Shown: positions 27,108 through 38,125, counted from the first letter of the stretch. The stretch is 64,000 nucleotides of DNA from Candidatus Latescibacterota bacterium (GCA_965203175.1 OZ241867.1:384001-448000); one strand, 5' to 3'. A program made the numbers and translations. Notes: a model not told the origin generated them from the letters alone.

Positions 27108-27938
27108 ATGGCAAAGGACGACAGCAGCAAGCACGATCTGCCCGAAGGATTCGCAGCGCAGACCATTGTCCGACTTCTGCAACAGGGCAAGAGGGATCGA
27201 TTGTACATGAGGATGGATGACGCACGCGCCCGCTTCAGGGAAGCACTGGAGATGTCCCCGGACCATCCTGAAGCATTGATGGAGTTCGGACGGACCTATG
27301 ACCCAATCAAGGGCCCATCCGAGGAAGAGACAGCAACCCTTCAACGAGCCGCCAAAGCGGCCCCAGATTCCATAGATGTCGCGCTTGAGCTTACCGTTGT
27401 GTGGGCGAGCGACCAAAAAAAGAAAGCCACAGCAATCGAGAAATGCCTAGAGCTGTGCAGTCTTCGGCTTGCGAAGGCCCCCAATGACCTAGTTGCCCTC
27501 ACTGCCCAAGCGCAGATGCTTTTGTGGAAAGGGGACTTTGAAGCGATGGAAGAGGTTGCCCGCCATGCGGCCACCTTGGCCCCAAAAAACCAGCAGTGCC
27601 TGAATTATCTTGCTTTGTCACTCGCCCGGCAGGACCGGTGGGATGAGGCCTATCCGGTGTATGAGACGATATATGGACTAGACAAAAAGACCGTATGGGC
27701 CTACGTTGCACTTCGGCAAATGGGGTCGTGCTTGGCATTCCACAGAGGTGATTGGGACGGGGCTGTGGGCATGCAGGAGAAGGTGTGGAACCTTACCGGG
27801 AGACCAAACGAGGCTAGCAACCTCATCTACTTTTATGGACAAGCCGGATTGGTGGAAAAGGCAAAAGCGCTGTTCAAGGAAGTCAAAGATCACCGCCATC
27901 CAGCGAGGGTTTACGAGATCGTTGGGAAAAATGAGTGA
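27108..27938 (+). CDS. TPR-repeat protein
   Basis: Repeated A...ALEMSPDHPEA / APNDLVAL / APKNQQ helical units; GGAGG RBS. Confidence 0.7.
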   Translation: MAKDDSSKHDLPEGFAAQTIVRLLQQGKRDRLYMRMDDARARFREALEMSPDHPEALMEFGRTYDPIKGPSEEETATLQRAAKAAPDSIDVALELTVVWASDQKKKATAIEKCLELCSLRLAKAPNDLVALTAQAQMLLWKGDFEAMEEVARHAATLAPKNQQCLNYLALSLARQDRWDEAYPVYETIYGLDKKTVWAYVALRQMGSCLAFHRGDWDGAVGMQEKVWNLTGRPNEASNLIYFYGQAGLVEKAKALFKEVKDHRHPARVYEIVGKNE

Positions 27939-27967
27939 CATATTTCGGATGTGGGAGTAAGGCCCGG

Positions 27968-29386
27968 ATGTTCAAAACTATGACAGTATGTATCGCGGCG
28001 AGTGTGCTAGGTGTACTATCCTGTGGGAAAGAAAAAATGGCCGACGCACAAACGGGAGCAAATACGAATGAAATGCGTACCGGTGTCATCGCGACTCACT
28101 ACGAGCCCGACGCAAGCATCTTTCCCAACCCCGAACGAGGATTTTACATATATACTAATTTGCACAAACTTGACCCCGCGATTGGCAAGAGGCGTGACGA
28201 GGGGCATACGTTACTCCGGGGACGGATCTTCATGGAGGACTATCGCGAGGTCCCGTTCTTGCCGGAATCGTTCCTCGCCGCAGTAGAAAACGGGTTCGCC
28301 ATCGCCCGGGACCAGGGAATGAAAGTCATCGTCCGGGGATCTTACGGTTTCAAAGGTCCAGACGGCGACTACAGATCGTACGAGGATCCGCCAAAGCCGA
28401 ACGTCAAAAACCACATCGCGCAGCTATCTCCCATTTTCGCCGCCAACGAGGATGTCATCGCCCTCTTCGAGGCGGGGTTTATCGGTCCGTGGGGAGAGTG
28501 GCACACGACAGCGATCGCAAACGACTACGATCTGGGTCGGGAGATGCTGTTCCACATCCTCGACCATACTCCCACCGACCGCTTAGTCTTGGTCCGCTAT
28601 CCTTACCTGAAACAGCAGATTTTCAAAAGATCTGGCGGCGGTTTCGCCACAGTGGATGCCAATAATGCCTATAGCGGCGAGCATGTCGCCCGTGTCGGCC
28701 ATCACAACGACTGTTTCCTCTCCTCACCGATCGACGTCGGCACGTACGAGCGGGGAGAAATGACACGCGAGGAGGAAGTGGCCTATCTTGCAAACGAGAC
28801 CCTCTACACCGCGTTCGGCGGGGAGACCTGCCGAACGCATGTACTCAACGATTGCGAGCGGACCATTACCGAACTGGAAACCCTTAAAGGCAGCTATCTC
28901 AATAGCAGCTATCACCCCGCGGTACTCGACAAGTGGGCCGCACAGGGTTGTTTCGACGAGGTAAAGAGGAGGCTGGGAGCGCGGTTCGTCTTGACTCAGA
29001 GCCGCATCGCGGCCACTGCCACCCCCGGTGGGCAACTCGCAGTGGAAATCGACCTAGACAATCGCGGTTTCGCCCCGCTTTACAACAGGCGCGATGTGGA
29101 GATCGTCTTAGAAAACGAAGAGAGCGGAGCGGTCCAAGCCTTTGTGGTCGATGTCGATCCGCGCACTTGGAAGCCGGGGGCATCCCACGTGCTTTCCGCC
29201 GTGGTTCCACTATCCTCCACTATGGCACCGGGCGAGTATATCGCGTACTTGCACTTGCCCGATCCCAGTCCCAGGCTCGTTGGCGATCCACGCTACGCAT
29301 ATCGGATCGCCAACGAGGGGGTTTGGGACGAGAAGCGCGGCTATAACAAACTGGCCAGAGGCATTGTCATCCAAGCTACAGAATGA
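27968..29386 (+). CDS. DUF4874/DUF4832 GH-like lipoprotein
   Basis: VLSC lipobox, NPERGFY, AGFIGPWGEWH, GHHNDCFLSS, GGETC, NRGFAPLYN. Confidence 0.8.
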   Translation: MFKTMTVCIAASVLGVLSCGKEKMADAQTGANTNEMRTGVIATHYEPDASIFPNPERGFYIYTNLHKLDPAIGKRRDEGHTLLRGRIFMEDYREVPFLPESFLAAVENGFAIARDQGMKVIVRGSYGFKGPDGDYRSYEDPPKPNVKNHIAQLSPIFAANEDVIALFEAGFIGPWGEWHTTAIANDYDLGREMLFHILDHTPTDRLVLVRYPYLKQQIFKRSGGGFATVDANNAYSGEHVARVGHHNDCFLSSPIDVGTYERGEMTREEEVAYLANETLYTAFGGETCRTHVLNDCERTITELETLKGSYLNSSYHPAVLDKWAAQGCFDEVKRRLGARFVLTQSRIAATATPGGQLAVEIDLDNRGFAPLYNRRDVEIVLENEESGAVQAFVVDVDPRTWKPGASHVLSAVVPLSSTMAPGEYIAYLHLPDPSPRLVGDPRYAYRIANEGVWDEKRGYNKLARGIVIQATE

Positions 29387-29484
29387 GGAAAACGGCCGCC
29401 CCTACGCGTTAGGCCGGTAGGCGGACATTGAAAAGATCCCGCGACCAGCAAAAACCAACCTTTAGTTCAGGAATAGGCCAGGCA

Positions 29485-30864
29485 ATGAATCGACCCAACA
29501 TCGTCTTTATCCTCAGCGACGACCAAGGCCCTTGGGCGGCCGGCTGTTACGGCAACGCGGAGATCCGCACCCCGGCGATCGACCGCATCGCCCAAACCGG
29601 CATGCGCTTTGACAATTTCTTCGTCGCAACGCCGGTCTGCTCGCCCAGCCGCGCAACCTTTTTGACCGGTCGCATCCCCTCGCAGCACGGAGTCCACGAC
29701 TGGATCAGAGAGGGCAACGTCGGCGAGTCCGCAGCCGCTTATCTCGCCGGCGAGGTGGCTTATACCGACATCCTCGCTGACAATGGCTGGGTCTGCGGCC
29801 TGAGCGGCAAGTGGCACTTGGGGCACAGCCAACTCGCGCAGCACGGTTTTTCGCATTGGTTCGTGCATCAGCAGGGCGGCGGCCCGTACAATGACGCGCC
29901 CATGATCCGCGACGGCGAGCTGATCACCGAACCGGGCTACGTGACCACAGCAATCACCAACGACGCGCTAGCATTCATCGACCGGCACGGCGACGGCGAC
30001 GCGCCTTTTTACCTAGGCGTACACTACACCGCGCCGCACAGCCCGTGGACTGGCCACCCACAGGAAATCGTCGATTCCTACGACAACTGCGCGTTCGACT
30101 CCTGTCCGCAGGAAGCGATCCACCCCTGGGCGGTGGGACACGGGCTAAGCGAGAATTGTCTGGGCAACCGCGAGATGCTCAAGGGCTATTTCGCTGCGGT
30201 GACGGCCATGGACCGCGACATTGGACGAATCCTCGACAAGCTGGAGGAAAAGGGGCTGCGCGAGAACACGCTGGTAGTCTTCACCAGCGACAACGGCTTT
30301 AGCTGCGGCCACCACGGTTTCTGGGGCAAGGGCAACGGCACCTATCCGCCGAACATGTACGAGAATTCGATCAAGGTGCCTTTCGTCGCCAGCCACCCCG
30401 ACCGCATCCCTGCGGAGAGCGTCCAAGAGGGCATGGTCAGCGCCTACGATTTTATGCCGACCCTGCTCGACTACCTAGGACTGCCACTACCCGAAGGCCC
30501 CAATTTGCCCGGACAAAGCGCGCTGCCACTATTGTTGGGAAAGGACGACACCGGTCGGCAGGAAGTAGTCATCTACGACGAGTACGGGACGACGCGGATG
30601 ATGCGCACCGAGGCGTGGAAATACGTCCACCGCTATCCAGATGGGCCGTGCGAACTCTACGACCTAGCCAACGATCCGGACGAGCGCGCCAATCTGGCGG
30701 ACGATTCCAGCCAAACCGAGCGGATCGGCGATCTAAAGCAGCGGCTGGAGGCGTGGTACCAACGCTACGTGGTACCCGAGCGCGACGGCCGCAATTTCGC
30801 GGTGACGGGCAAGGGCCAGCTCAGACCAGTGGGCGACGGCACCCAACCGTTCGCGGAGGAGTAG
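29485..30864 (+). CDS. Sulfatase (S1)
   Basis: PNIVFILSDD, CSPSR, GKWHLG, FTSDNG. Confidence 0.93.
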   Translation: MNRPNIVFILSDDQGPWAAGCYGNAEIRTPAIDRIAQTGMRFDNFFVATPVCSPSRATFLTGRIPSQHGVHDWIREGNVGESAAAYLAGEVAYTDILADNGWVCGLSGKWHLGHSQLAQHGFSHWFVHQQGGGPYNDAPMIRDGELITEPGYVTTAITNDALAFIDRHGDGDAPFYLGVHYTAPHSPWTGHPQEIVDSYDNCAFDSCPQEAIHPWAVGHGLSENCLGNREMLKGYFAAVTAMDRDIGRILDKLEEKGLRENTLVVFTSDNGFSCGHHGFWGKGNGTYPPNMYENSIKVPFVASHPDRIPAESVQEGMVSAYDFMPTLLDYLGLPLPEGPNLPGQSALPLLLGKDDTGRQEVVIYDEYGTTRMMRTEAWKYVHRYPDGPCELYDLANDPDERANLADDSSQTERIGDLKQRLEAWYQRYVVPERDGRNFAVTGKGQLRPVGDGTQPFAEE

Positions 30865-30881
30865 CCATCCGCATCGCGCGC

Positions 30882-31727
30882 TTACTCCGGCAACACACTC
30901 CGCGCCGGCACAAACCCCAACTCCGCTTCAATCCGCGTAATATCGTACACCGGATCCCGCTCGTGCCCCGCCTGCTCGTAACGCGCCATGTCGATCTTCT
31001 CCGCATCCGCCCCATACCAAATCCGCATCAACTCCGGCACCGTACAGGCCACACAGGCCTGCGTCCCCACCGCGTTCAAAATCCGCACCCCCGCCTTATG
31101 CGCGCGCTCCGCTGCCAGCCGGAAGCACCGCACCGCATCGCTCAAATACATACACGAAATCGCCCCCATCCCCCACGGTCCCACCGGCCCCAGTTGTCGT
31201 GGCGCAGGCACTCGATCCTCGGGCCAAATCGAAGCCAGCCTAATATTGATGAAGTCTAGGTCCTCCCGCTGCCGCGCCAGATAGCGGGTCGTCTCCTCCA
31301 TCATGTATTTGGAAAAACCGTAACCGTCGCGGTCGAAACACGGATGCTCGTCCGACATCGGCAGTTCGAGCGGCCGAAAATGCACCGATTGCATCCCAAC
31401 CGCGGCGATCGACGAGGCCAATGCAAACTTGCTGCAACCCCGATCGATCAAATAGCGCAACAAGCCGTAGGTCCCCATGACATTGACCCGCATCAGATCC
31501 GCTTCAGCGCCCGCGCCCGTCACCGCCCCCAGATGGACCAGCGCGTCGAAATCCCACCGATCCAACCGGTGCAGATCCTCCCCCCGCGTAAAATCTCCAA
31601 CCACCACCTCCACCCCCGCAACCTCCGTCGGCTGGCGCGACAGACAAACCACCTCGTGGTCTGCCGTCATATCCGCGGCCAACGCCCGACCGATAAAACC
31701 GCTAGTTCCCGTAATCAATACGCGCAT
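30882..31727 (-). CDS. NAD-dependent epimerase/dehydratase
   Basis: MRVLITGTSGFIG, YGFSK. Confidence 0.9.
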   Translation of the reverse strand: MRVLITGTSGFIGRALAADMTADHEVVCLSRQPTEVAGVEVVVGDFTRGEDLHRLDRWDFDALVHLGAVTGAGAEADLMRVNVMGTYGLLRYLIDRGCSKFALASSIAAVGMQSVHFRPLELPMSDEHPCFDRDGYGFSKYMMEETTRYLARQREDLDFINIRLASIWPEDRVPAPRQLGPVGPWGMGAISCMYLSDAVRCFRLAAERAHKAGVRILNAVGTQACVACTVPELMRIWYGADAEKIDMARYEQAGHERDPVYDITRIEAELGFVPARSVLPE

Positions 31728-31728
31728 C

Positions 31729-33300
31729 TCAACCTCCCGGCGGAGCAATCCGCTCCAGCACCAAACCTTCGGGACGCACAAAGTCCTTGTAGCGAACCAA
31801 GATTTCCGCTCCATTGATGCTGCGGACAAATCCTGCCCGCGCCTCCAGTTTCTTTACTTCGATCTCGATCCGATTGGCCCCGCGCCTTACCTCCTCCGGT
31901 GCCAAGCGAAAGCGGAACCAGTGCGCCGAAAAACCCAACGGGGCTTGCACCGCCATACCCCCAGCGAGCTGTACGGGAATGGTCAACGCGCGCTCGTCGC
32001 TAATTTCAGCCTCAGCGCGGGACAGAACCCGGCCATTAAAGCGCATTTCGATCTCGTCCTCAATGCAGAAAAAGGAAAATCGCAGCGTCAAAATGGCTGG
32101 TCGCATCTCGCCGTCGCCGCGGGCGCTCTCCACATCGTCGGCCACCCAAATGTCGAGCGCAATCGTCTCGCCCTCCAAGAGCTGTTCCGGCACTTGGCGC
32201 TCCGGCGTAGAAGTCTCTTCCCCGATGACCCCCTCGCGCGGCTGTAACAAGTAGCGCTTGTCGCGCCGAGTGTGTACCTGCGGATAGGCGACCTCGCGCA
32301 GGATCTGGTATTCGCGCTCGGCAAGGGGCCAAGGCATATAGCCCAAGTACATCCCAGCGTAGCCCTGCCAAGCGAGGGTCTGACTGAGGGCGCGGTACAT
32401 CTCAATGCTCGGCAATCCCACCCGCTCGTCGTAGATCCGGCGCGGCGGCCGATAATACGCGGCAGCCCCCGCATTCTCGGCCACCTCGGCCATCCACGGT
32501 GCCTGAATGCCTGGATCAACCAGCACGTTCGCGTCCTGACCGACGACCCAGTCGAGGCTGCCAGCCCTCAGCCACGCTTCCACGTCCAGCCCCACCGCGA
32601 GGTTGTCTTCCTCGTGCAGGTGTACCCGCGCCATAAGCGGAATTTTGCGGCCCTGCCGCGCGCCGATTTCCTCGGCCAACGCCCGCACCTTGGCCACAAA
32701 CTCGGTCATCAGCGGCGCGTTTTCCTGGATCACGTCCTTTTTGAAATAGAAGTTGTCAAAACAAAAATCCAGTTCTAACCCATCGGGCTGGTAGCCTTCC
32801 AGCATTTCGCCGATGAGAGCCAGCTTGTACTCCTGCACGGCCTCTTGCGCGTAGTCGTAACACCACTCGGCCCGGCCCGCGTCGCCAATACACACCGCAG
32901 CTCCGTGCTGTTCCTTAAGCCGCCCGAAGCGCTCACGCCCCGGACTGGTAGAGTCCTGAAGCTTGAGGCTGGGGAAGACCTTCAGCCCAGTCTCTCGACC
33001 GCGCTCAATGACGGCCCGTACCTGGTCGGTGCCCAGTTCCTTGGCTACCTCAACCATCCGCATGATCCGCCAGTCGATGTAGTTTTCCCACACCTCCTTT
33101 CCCTGCCCCACCACGCGGCCGATCTTGCTCTGGTGGAAGAAGACGTCGCTATAACCCAATCCCAAAACCAACAGATCCACGCCCGTACCCAACACCTCAT
33201 CTACTGGCCAGTTCAGGAGGTGGCTGCTGGCCGGTGGTTCGAGTCGCTTGGCGTGGAAGTGGTGTGCGTCGTTGTAGTGAATTAAACGGGGTCGGTCCAT
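31729..33300 (-). CDS. Hypothetical glycoside-hydrolase-like TIM-barrel protein
   Basis: IHYND, YDYA, DGLELDF and GLDVEAW motifs typical of DUF187/GH-like barrels. Confidence 0.55.
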   Translation of the reverse strand: MDRPRLIHYNDAHHFHAKRLEPPASSHLLNWPVDEVLGTGVDLLVLGLGYSDVFFHQSKIGRVVGQGKEVWENYIDWRIMRMVEVAKELGTDQVRAVIERGRETGLKVFPSLKLQDSTSPGRERFGRLKEQHGAAVCIGDAGRAEWCYDYAQEAVQEYKLALIGEMLEGYQPDGLELDFCFDNFYFKKDVIQENAPLMTEFVAKVRALAEEIGARQGRKIPLMARVHLHEEDNLAVGLDVEAWLRAGSLDWVVGQDANVLVDPGIQAPWMAEVAENAGAAAYYRPPRRIYDERVGLPSIEMYRALSQTLAWQGYAGMYLGYMPWPLAEREYQILREVAYPQVHTRRDKRYLLQPREGVIGEETSTPERQVPEQLLEGETIALDIWVADDVESARGDGEMRPAILTLRFSFFCIEDEIEMRFNGRVLSRAEAEISDERALTIPVQLAGGMAVQAPLGFSAHWFRFRLAPEEVRRGANRIEIEVKKLEARAGFVRSINGAEILVRYKDFVRPEGLVLERIAPPGG

Positions 33301-33333
33301 GGCTAAGCTCCTATTTCTCGGCGCAGTGGCCTC

Positions 33334-34458
33334 TTAGTCCTTCTTTTGGGACAAAACCTGATCCATGTATTTTTCGCGGCCGTAGATCGGCTTTTTGTTG
33401 TACATCCGCCCAGGGCGGGGCACCATGCGCAGGCTGCGGTCGGCCAGCGGTAGCGCCACGGGCGCACAGCCCTGCCGATGCGACTCGCGCACCGCGATGG
33501 CCATTTCGAGGACCTTGACGCCGTTCTCGCCGCTGCCGGGCGGGTCCTCGCCCCGCTCCAGCGCGTCGATAATAGCCTTGCAACTAGCCCTGTTGCGATC
33601 CCCAAGACAGCGCCAGCCCTCGGCGTCGTACCCGCGCTCTTCGCCGTAAACGCCGTAAATCGGCCCTTCCGGCAAGACGCCCTCGATCTTTTCCAACTTC
33701 TCCCAACTCGCCCCATCGCCTTCGACGTACCGGTACAAGCCTGCGAGATTGTCGTCTGAGTAGAAGACTCCCTCCTCACAGACCACCTCGTAGCCGCGGC
33801 CTCGCGCGTCCTTGTCCCGGTAGATAAACGACTCGATTCCATTGGCAAAGCGCACGTACCCAGCCCCGCCTTGGTCGTGTTCGCTCAGAGGATCGTCACT
33901 GACCCAGCCCGACACCCACGCCACCTCGTCGCAGCCAGCAAAGTGGCGCATCAGCGTAAAGCGCTGGCAGCCGCCACCCGACATCTCCGTGCCCGACCCG
34001 CCGAGCAACGCGATGCGCTTGACCGCCCCCAACTCGCCCGCACCAATGAACTCCAAGGCCTTTTGGTAGGCCGGCAGATTGACGTCCAAGTCCCCCGCGC
34101 CAAAGGGGATGCGCCGGTTCTTGCACTCGGCGACCATGCGGTCGGCCTCTTCGAGTGAGGCCGCGATCGGCTTTTCGCAGAGGATGGCCTTGACCCCAGC
34201 TTGCGCGCAGGCGATGACGACCTCCGGGTTGACGCCGACTGGCAAAATCGGCGCGGCAATGTCGAGCGCCTCTTTTTCTAGCATCTGGCGATAGTCGGCA
34301 TAACCAGGCACGCCCGTGCGCTTTTGAAACAGCGCCAAATTCTCCGGATCTCCATCGGCCACGGCCACCAACTCCGTGCGCTCGTCGAGCATATAGGCGC
34401 GCGCGTGCTGCGTGCCTTTGCGCCCAGCCCCGATCAACCCCACGCGATATTTAGCCAT
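33334..34458 (-). CDS. Gfo/Idh/MocA family oxidoreductase
   Basis: VGLIGAG, CEKP. Confidence 0.88.
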   Translation of the reverse strand: MAKYRVGLIGAGRKGTQHARAYMLDERTELVAVADGDPENLALFQKRTGVPGYADYRQMLEKEALDIAAPILPVGVNPEVVIACAQAGVKAILCEKPIAASLEEADRMVAECKNRRIPFGAGDLDVNLPAYQKALEFIGAGELGAVKRIALLGGSGTEMSGGGCQRFTLMRHFAGCDEVAWVSGWVSDDPLSEHDQGGAGYVRFANGIESFIYRDKDARGRGYEVVCEEGVFYSDDNLAGLYRYVEGDGASWEKLEKIEGVLPEGPIYGVYGEERGYDAEGWRCLGDRNRASCKAIIDALERGEDPPGSGENGVKVLEMAIAVRESHRQGCAPVALPLADRSLRMVPRPGRMYNKKPIYGREKYMDQVLSQKKD

Positions 34459-34489
34459 CTCGAAACCCTCCTTAGATATAGTCCACTTC

Positions 34490-35653
34490 TTAGCCGCTCC
34501 GGCCCGCCCGCGCCCACAACAGCCCTAGCACCACCGCCACCGCCACCAAAAAGGGCACCGCCAAGTGATTGAGCCTGTCCCAGCCCAGCATACCCTCCAA
34601 AGGTGCCGCCCCAAAACTGGTCAACACGATCAGGCCAAAGACCAGAAAGTCATTGCAGGATTGCACCCGCGCCTTTTCCTCGGGCCGGTGCGTCATCGCC
34701 AACAGCGACGTTGACCCTACGAAAAGAAAATTCCACCCCACGCCCAATAGCGCCAACCCGATCGTGTAGTAATAGAGCCCGATGCCGCTCAAATTGACCG
34801 CGATGGAACACCCCAGCAACGCGAGGCCGGCGAACATGATCCGGTGCTCGCCCCAACGCGAGATCAGGTGCCCAGTAAAAAAAGACGGCACGTACATGCC
34901 CAGCACATGCCACTGAATCACCCAAGCCGTATCGGCAAAGGAGTGCAAATGCCGCTTCATCGCCAGCGGCGTGGCATTCATCAACAGCGACATTAGCCCC
35001 CAAGCAGCCACCCCCCCAATCACCGCCAGTGCGAAATCCGCCTGCCGGGCGATCTCCCTGAGCGAACGCCCACCCGCCCGCTGCTCCTCGGCGCTAGGCA
35101 CGGGAAAGGAGACAAAGCAGAGCACCGGCAAAACCAGCGCATGAACCGCGGCAATCCCCAAAAAAGAGCCAGCGAATAGATAGTCGGGAAACCACTCCCG
35201 CGACCACGCCGCCAGATTGGAGCCCGAAATCGCGGCAATGACGCCCCCGGCCATCACCAGCGAAATAGCGCGACTGCGAAAATCCTCGGCGACCACCTCG
35301 CCAGCGGCAAAGCGATAATAAGTGGCAAAGCCATTGACCGCACCAATGCCCAACCCACCCAAGCAAAGCAGCGCGAAATTGCCCTGGTACACAGCTAGAC
35401 ACCCCACCGCGCCCCCGACGACGCCCAACGCAGCACCTATGGCAAAACCTATCTTGCGGCCCCGCCGCTGCATTAGCTGCGCTGCGGGCACCGTCATTAT
35501 CATCGTGGCCACCGGTGCCAGTGCCAGCGGCAGGGTCGCCAGCGCGGGATTCGGCGTCAACCGCTGGCCGATGAGCGCCATGCTCGAGAGCATGACGAGA
35601 CTAGCGGTGCGCGAGAGGGCCTCGCACAAAAAGAGCAGTGAAAGATTTTTCAC
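34490..35653 (-). CDS. MFS transporter
   Basis: About 12 TM segments, YRFAAGE, HVLGMYVPSFFTG, GVGWNF. Confidence 0.88.
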   Translation of the reverse strand: MKNLSLLFLCEALSRTASLVMLSSMALIGQRLTPNPALATLPLALAPVATMIMTVPAAQLMQRRGRKIGFAIGAALGVVGGAVGCLAVYQGNFALLCLGGLGIGAVNGFATYYRFAAGEVVAEDFRSRAISLVMAGGVIAAISGSNLAAWSREWFPDYLFAGSFLGIAAVHALVLPVLCFVSFPVPSAEEQRAGGRSLREIARQADFALAVIGGVAAWGLMSLLMNATPLAMKRHLHSFADTAWVIQWHVLGMYVPSFFTGHLISRWGEHRIMFAGLALLGCSIAVNLSGIGLYYYTIGLALLGVGWNFLFVGSTSLLAMTHRPEEKARVQSCNDFLVFGLIVLTSFGAAPLEGMLGWDRLNHLAVPFLVAVAVVLGLLWARAGRSG

Positions 35654-35683
35654 GCTAACTAGGCCGGTCGGCCTCGTCGCTGG

Positions 35684-36742
35684 TTATTTTTCCCGCTGCG
35701 TCCGCACCGCCGCAGCCAACTCTTCCAACACCCCCACCGTATCCTTCCACCCAATACAGGCATCCGTAATGCTCTGCCCATAAACCAATTCACTACCCGC
35801 CTGCTGTTTCTGATTGCCCTCGATTAGGTGGCTTTCCAGCATCACCCCAAAAACATCCTGCGCTCCCTCCGCCACCTGTGCGGCAATCGCGCGTGCAACA
35901 GCCGGCTGGCGCTTGTGATCCTTGGCGCTGTTGCCGTGGCTGCAATCGATCATCACGCGATGCGGCAAACCCACCTCCTTGAGCTGGGCCGCAGCCGCGC
36001 CAACGCTGGCGTGATCGTAGTTAGTACCGTCGCTGCCACCGCGCAAAATCAGATGACAACTCGCATTGCCCGAAGTCCCGACAATCGCCGCAATGCCCTG
36101 CTTGGTCACCGAGAGAAAGTGATGCGGGTGCCGGGCAGCGCCGATGGCGTCGAGGGCAATCTGCACATTGCCCGCGGTCCCATTCTTGAAGCCAACCGGC
36201 ATCGACAGACCCGAAGCCAATTCGCGGTGAACCTGACTTTCCGTGGTGCGAGCACCAATGGCCCCCCAAGCAATCAAGTCGGCGATAAACTGCGGCGTGA
36301 TGGTATCGAGGAATTCGGAACCAGTCGGCAAGCCCATATCCCCCAACTGCACCAGCAAGCCGCGCGCGGCGCGCAAACCGCTGTTGATATCGAAGCTGTC
36401 GTCCAAGTGCGGATCGTTGATCAATCCTTTCCAGCCGACGGTCGTGCGCGGCTTCTCAAAATACACGCGCATCACCACGTACAACTCGTCGCTTAGGGCC
36501 GCGGCCTTTCCCTTGAGCCGGTCCGCGTATTCAAGCGCGGCTTGGGGGTCGTGGATCGAACACGGGCCGACGACCACCACTAGCCGGTCGTCCTCTCCGG
36601 CCAGTATGGCGTCCAATGCGCGCCGAGCTGCGGCCACGGTATGGGAAGCCTCTTCCGAAATAGGCAATTCTTCCATCAGAATCGCCGGTGGGATCAAGGG
36701 TTTGAGTTGGTCAATGCGCAGATCGTCAGTTGATTCGAACAA
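35684..36742 (-). CDS. aroG: DAHP synthase class I-alpha (AroG/F/H type)
   Basis: GPCSIHD, RVYFEKPRT, IGARTTESQ.HRE, DCSHGN, YGQSITDAC; the feedback isoenzyme cannot be determined. Confidence 0.92.
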   Translation of the reverse strand: MFESTDDLRIDQLKPLIPPAILMEELPISEEASHTVAAARRALDAILAGEDDRLVVVVGPCSIHDPQAALEYADRLKGKAAALSDELYVVMRVYFEKPRTTVGWKGLINDPHLDDSFDINSGLRAARGLLVQLGDMGLPTGSEFLDTITPQFIADLIAWGAIGARTTESQVHRELASGLSMPVGFKNGTAGNVQIALDAIGAARHPHHFLSVTKQGIAAIVGTSGNASCHLILRGGSDGTNYDHASVGAAAAQLKEVGLPHRVMIDCSHGNSAKDHKRQPAVARAIAAQVAEGAQDVFGVMLESHLIEGNQKQQAGSELVYGQSITDACIGWKDTVGVLEELAAAVRTQREK

Positions 36743-36794
36743 GTCTTTCTACTCCTTTAGTAGCGGTTGTAAATTCTCATCGTCTAAACACTAT

Positions 36795-38021
36795 TCACTC
36801 GCCTCCCGGCACCCAACCCAAGGCCGCAAAATTCTTGCCGGTGAGACTCCGCATAAAGCGCATCCGCTCGCGAGCTTCCTCTAGCTCCTCGCGCAAATCC
36901 TCCGGCCGATGCGCCCGGCCCTGGCGCACGGTCAATACCGGCTCAATTTTGCGATCGCCCTGCTCGCGCCGGCCGCGCACATCCTGGAACTCAAACGTCC
37001 CCTCCAACACTTCAAACGCCGCCAGATCCGCCACCGTACCCTCCCGCAGAGTACCCAACTCCTCGCCGCGCCCGATAGCGTCGGCCGCCGCAGCCGTACT
37101 CTGTTGTACGACGCGTTCAAGCGGCACGCCCAAGTTGAGCAATTTCGACGCAGTCTCCGGCATACTCTCGATCGGACTGTCCCAACTATGCGCGTGTAAA
37201 TCCGTGCTAATCACATCGGCGACAAAGCCGTCGGCCAACGCTTGTATTGCGATCCCGTAGTCGAAACTGCCGCCGCCGTGCCCCACGTCGAAGAGCACGC
37301 CCCGCTCTCGCGCTTCCCACACCTGCGGCACCACCGTCCCCGCATCGTCCACCACGCAGTCTCCCGTGCCCTGATAACAATGGGTCACCACATCGCCGGG
37401 CCGCAGCAGGGCGAGTATCTCCACAATCGGCACCCCCCGGGCGATGTGTACCATCACCGGCACCCCCGCCCATTCGCCCGCCTGCACCGCCAACTGCAAG
37501 GGCTTGGTCCCATTCTCGCCAACTTGGAAACCGCCCTGCCGCACCTTAATGCCGACGCAGTGCTCCTGCCAGTGGTGGGCCACAAACGCCGTGCGCTCTG
37601 GATCGCCGTACTGCAAATCGACCATCTCCCCCACCGGCCCACAGGTCAGGCCAATCGCCGAAATATGCACGTACGCCAAAACTTGGGTCCGCGCTGGCTC
37701 GACGACGTAATCGACAAATCCCTGGAAGTTGGCCCACCCCGCGCTTCCAGCATCGACGATCGTCGTCACGCCCGTGGCTAAGCACAGTACATCGCCGCGA
37801 ATGCCCCAAGTCGTGCATCCCGCGTAGAGGTGCGCGTGGATATCGATCCACCCCGGCGTCAGAATCTTACCGGACAGGTCAATCGTCTCCGCCGCCGGAG
37901 CCGTTATTTCCTCGGCCACTTCGGCAATCTTCTCCCCGACTATCCCAATGTCGCGAATCCCATCCACGCCCTGCGCTGGGTCCATCACTCGCGCCCCTTT
38001 TAACAACAGATCGTAGGACAT
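36795..38021 (-). CDS. Amidohydrolase/deacetylase family metallohydrolase
   Basis: PGWIDIHAH, DAGSAG, GIKVR, MVH, THC, DVGHG, ISTDLH. Confidence 0.88.
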   Translation of the reverse strand: MSYDLLLKGARVMDPAQGVDGIRDIGIVGEKIAEVAEEITAPAAETIDLSGKILTPGWIDIHAHLYAGCTTWGIRGDVLCLATGVTTIVDAGSAGWANFQGFVDYVVEPARTQVLAYVHISAIGLTCGPVGEMVDLQYGDPERTAFVAHHWQEHCVGIKVRQGGFQVGENGTKPLQLAVQAGEWAGVPVMVHIARGVPIVEILALLRPGDVVTHCYQGTGDCVVDDAGTVVPQVWEARERGVLFDVGHGGGSFDYGIAIQALADGFVADVISTDLHAHSWDSPIESMPETASKLLNLGVPLERVVQQSTAAAADAIGRGEELGTLREGTVADLAAFEVLEGTFEFQDVRGRREQGDRKIEPVLTVRQGRAHRPEDLREELEEARERMRFMRSLTGKNFAALGWVPGGE

Positions 38022-38125
38022 TTCCCTTACTCCATTATCCTATTACAAGCCTCTGCGGCTTCTTGACACGCCTAAGCCTAAGCCCGTATATAATTCGCTT
38101 TTTTTACTTCAACCAGAGAGCCATC

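Noticed and set aside
29394-29420. Possible decayed copy of the uxuA 3' end (CTACG..GTTA) closing the TPR/DUF4832 insert
   Set aside because: The match is too short and gapped to distinguish from chance.
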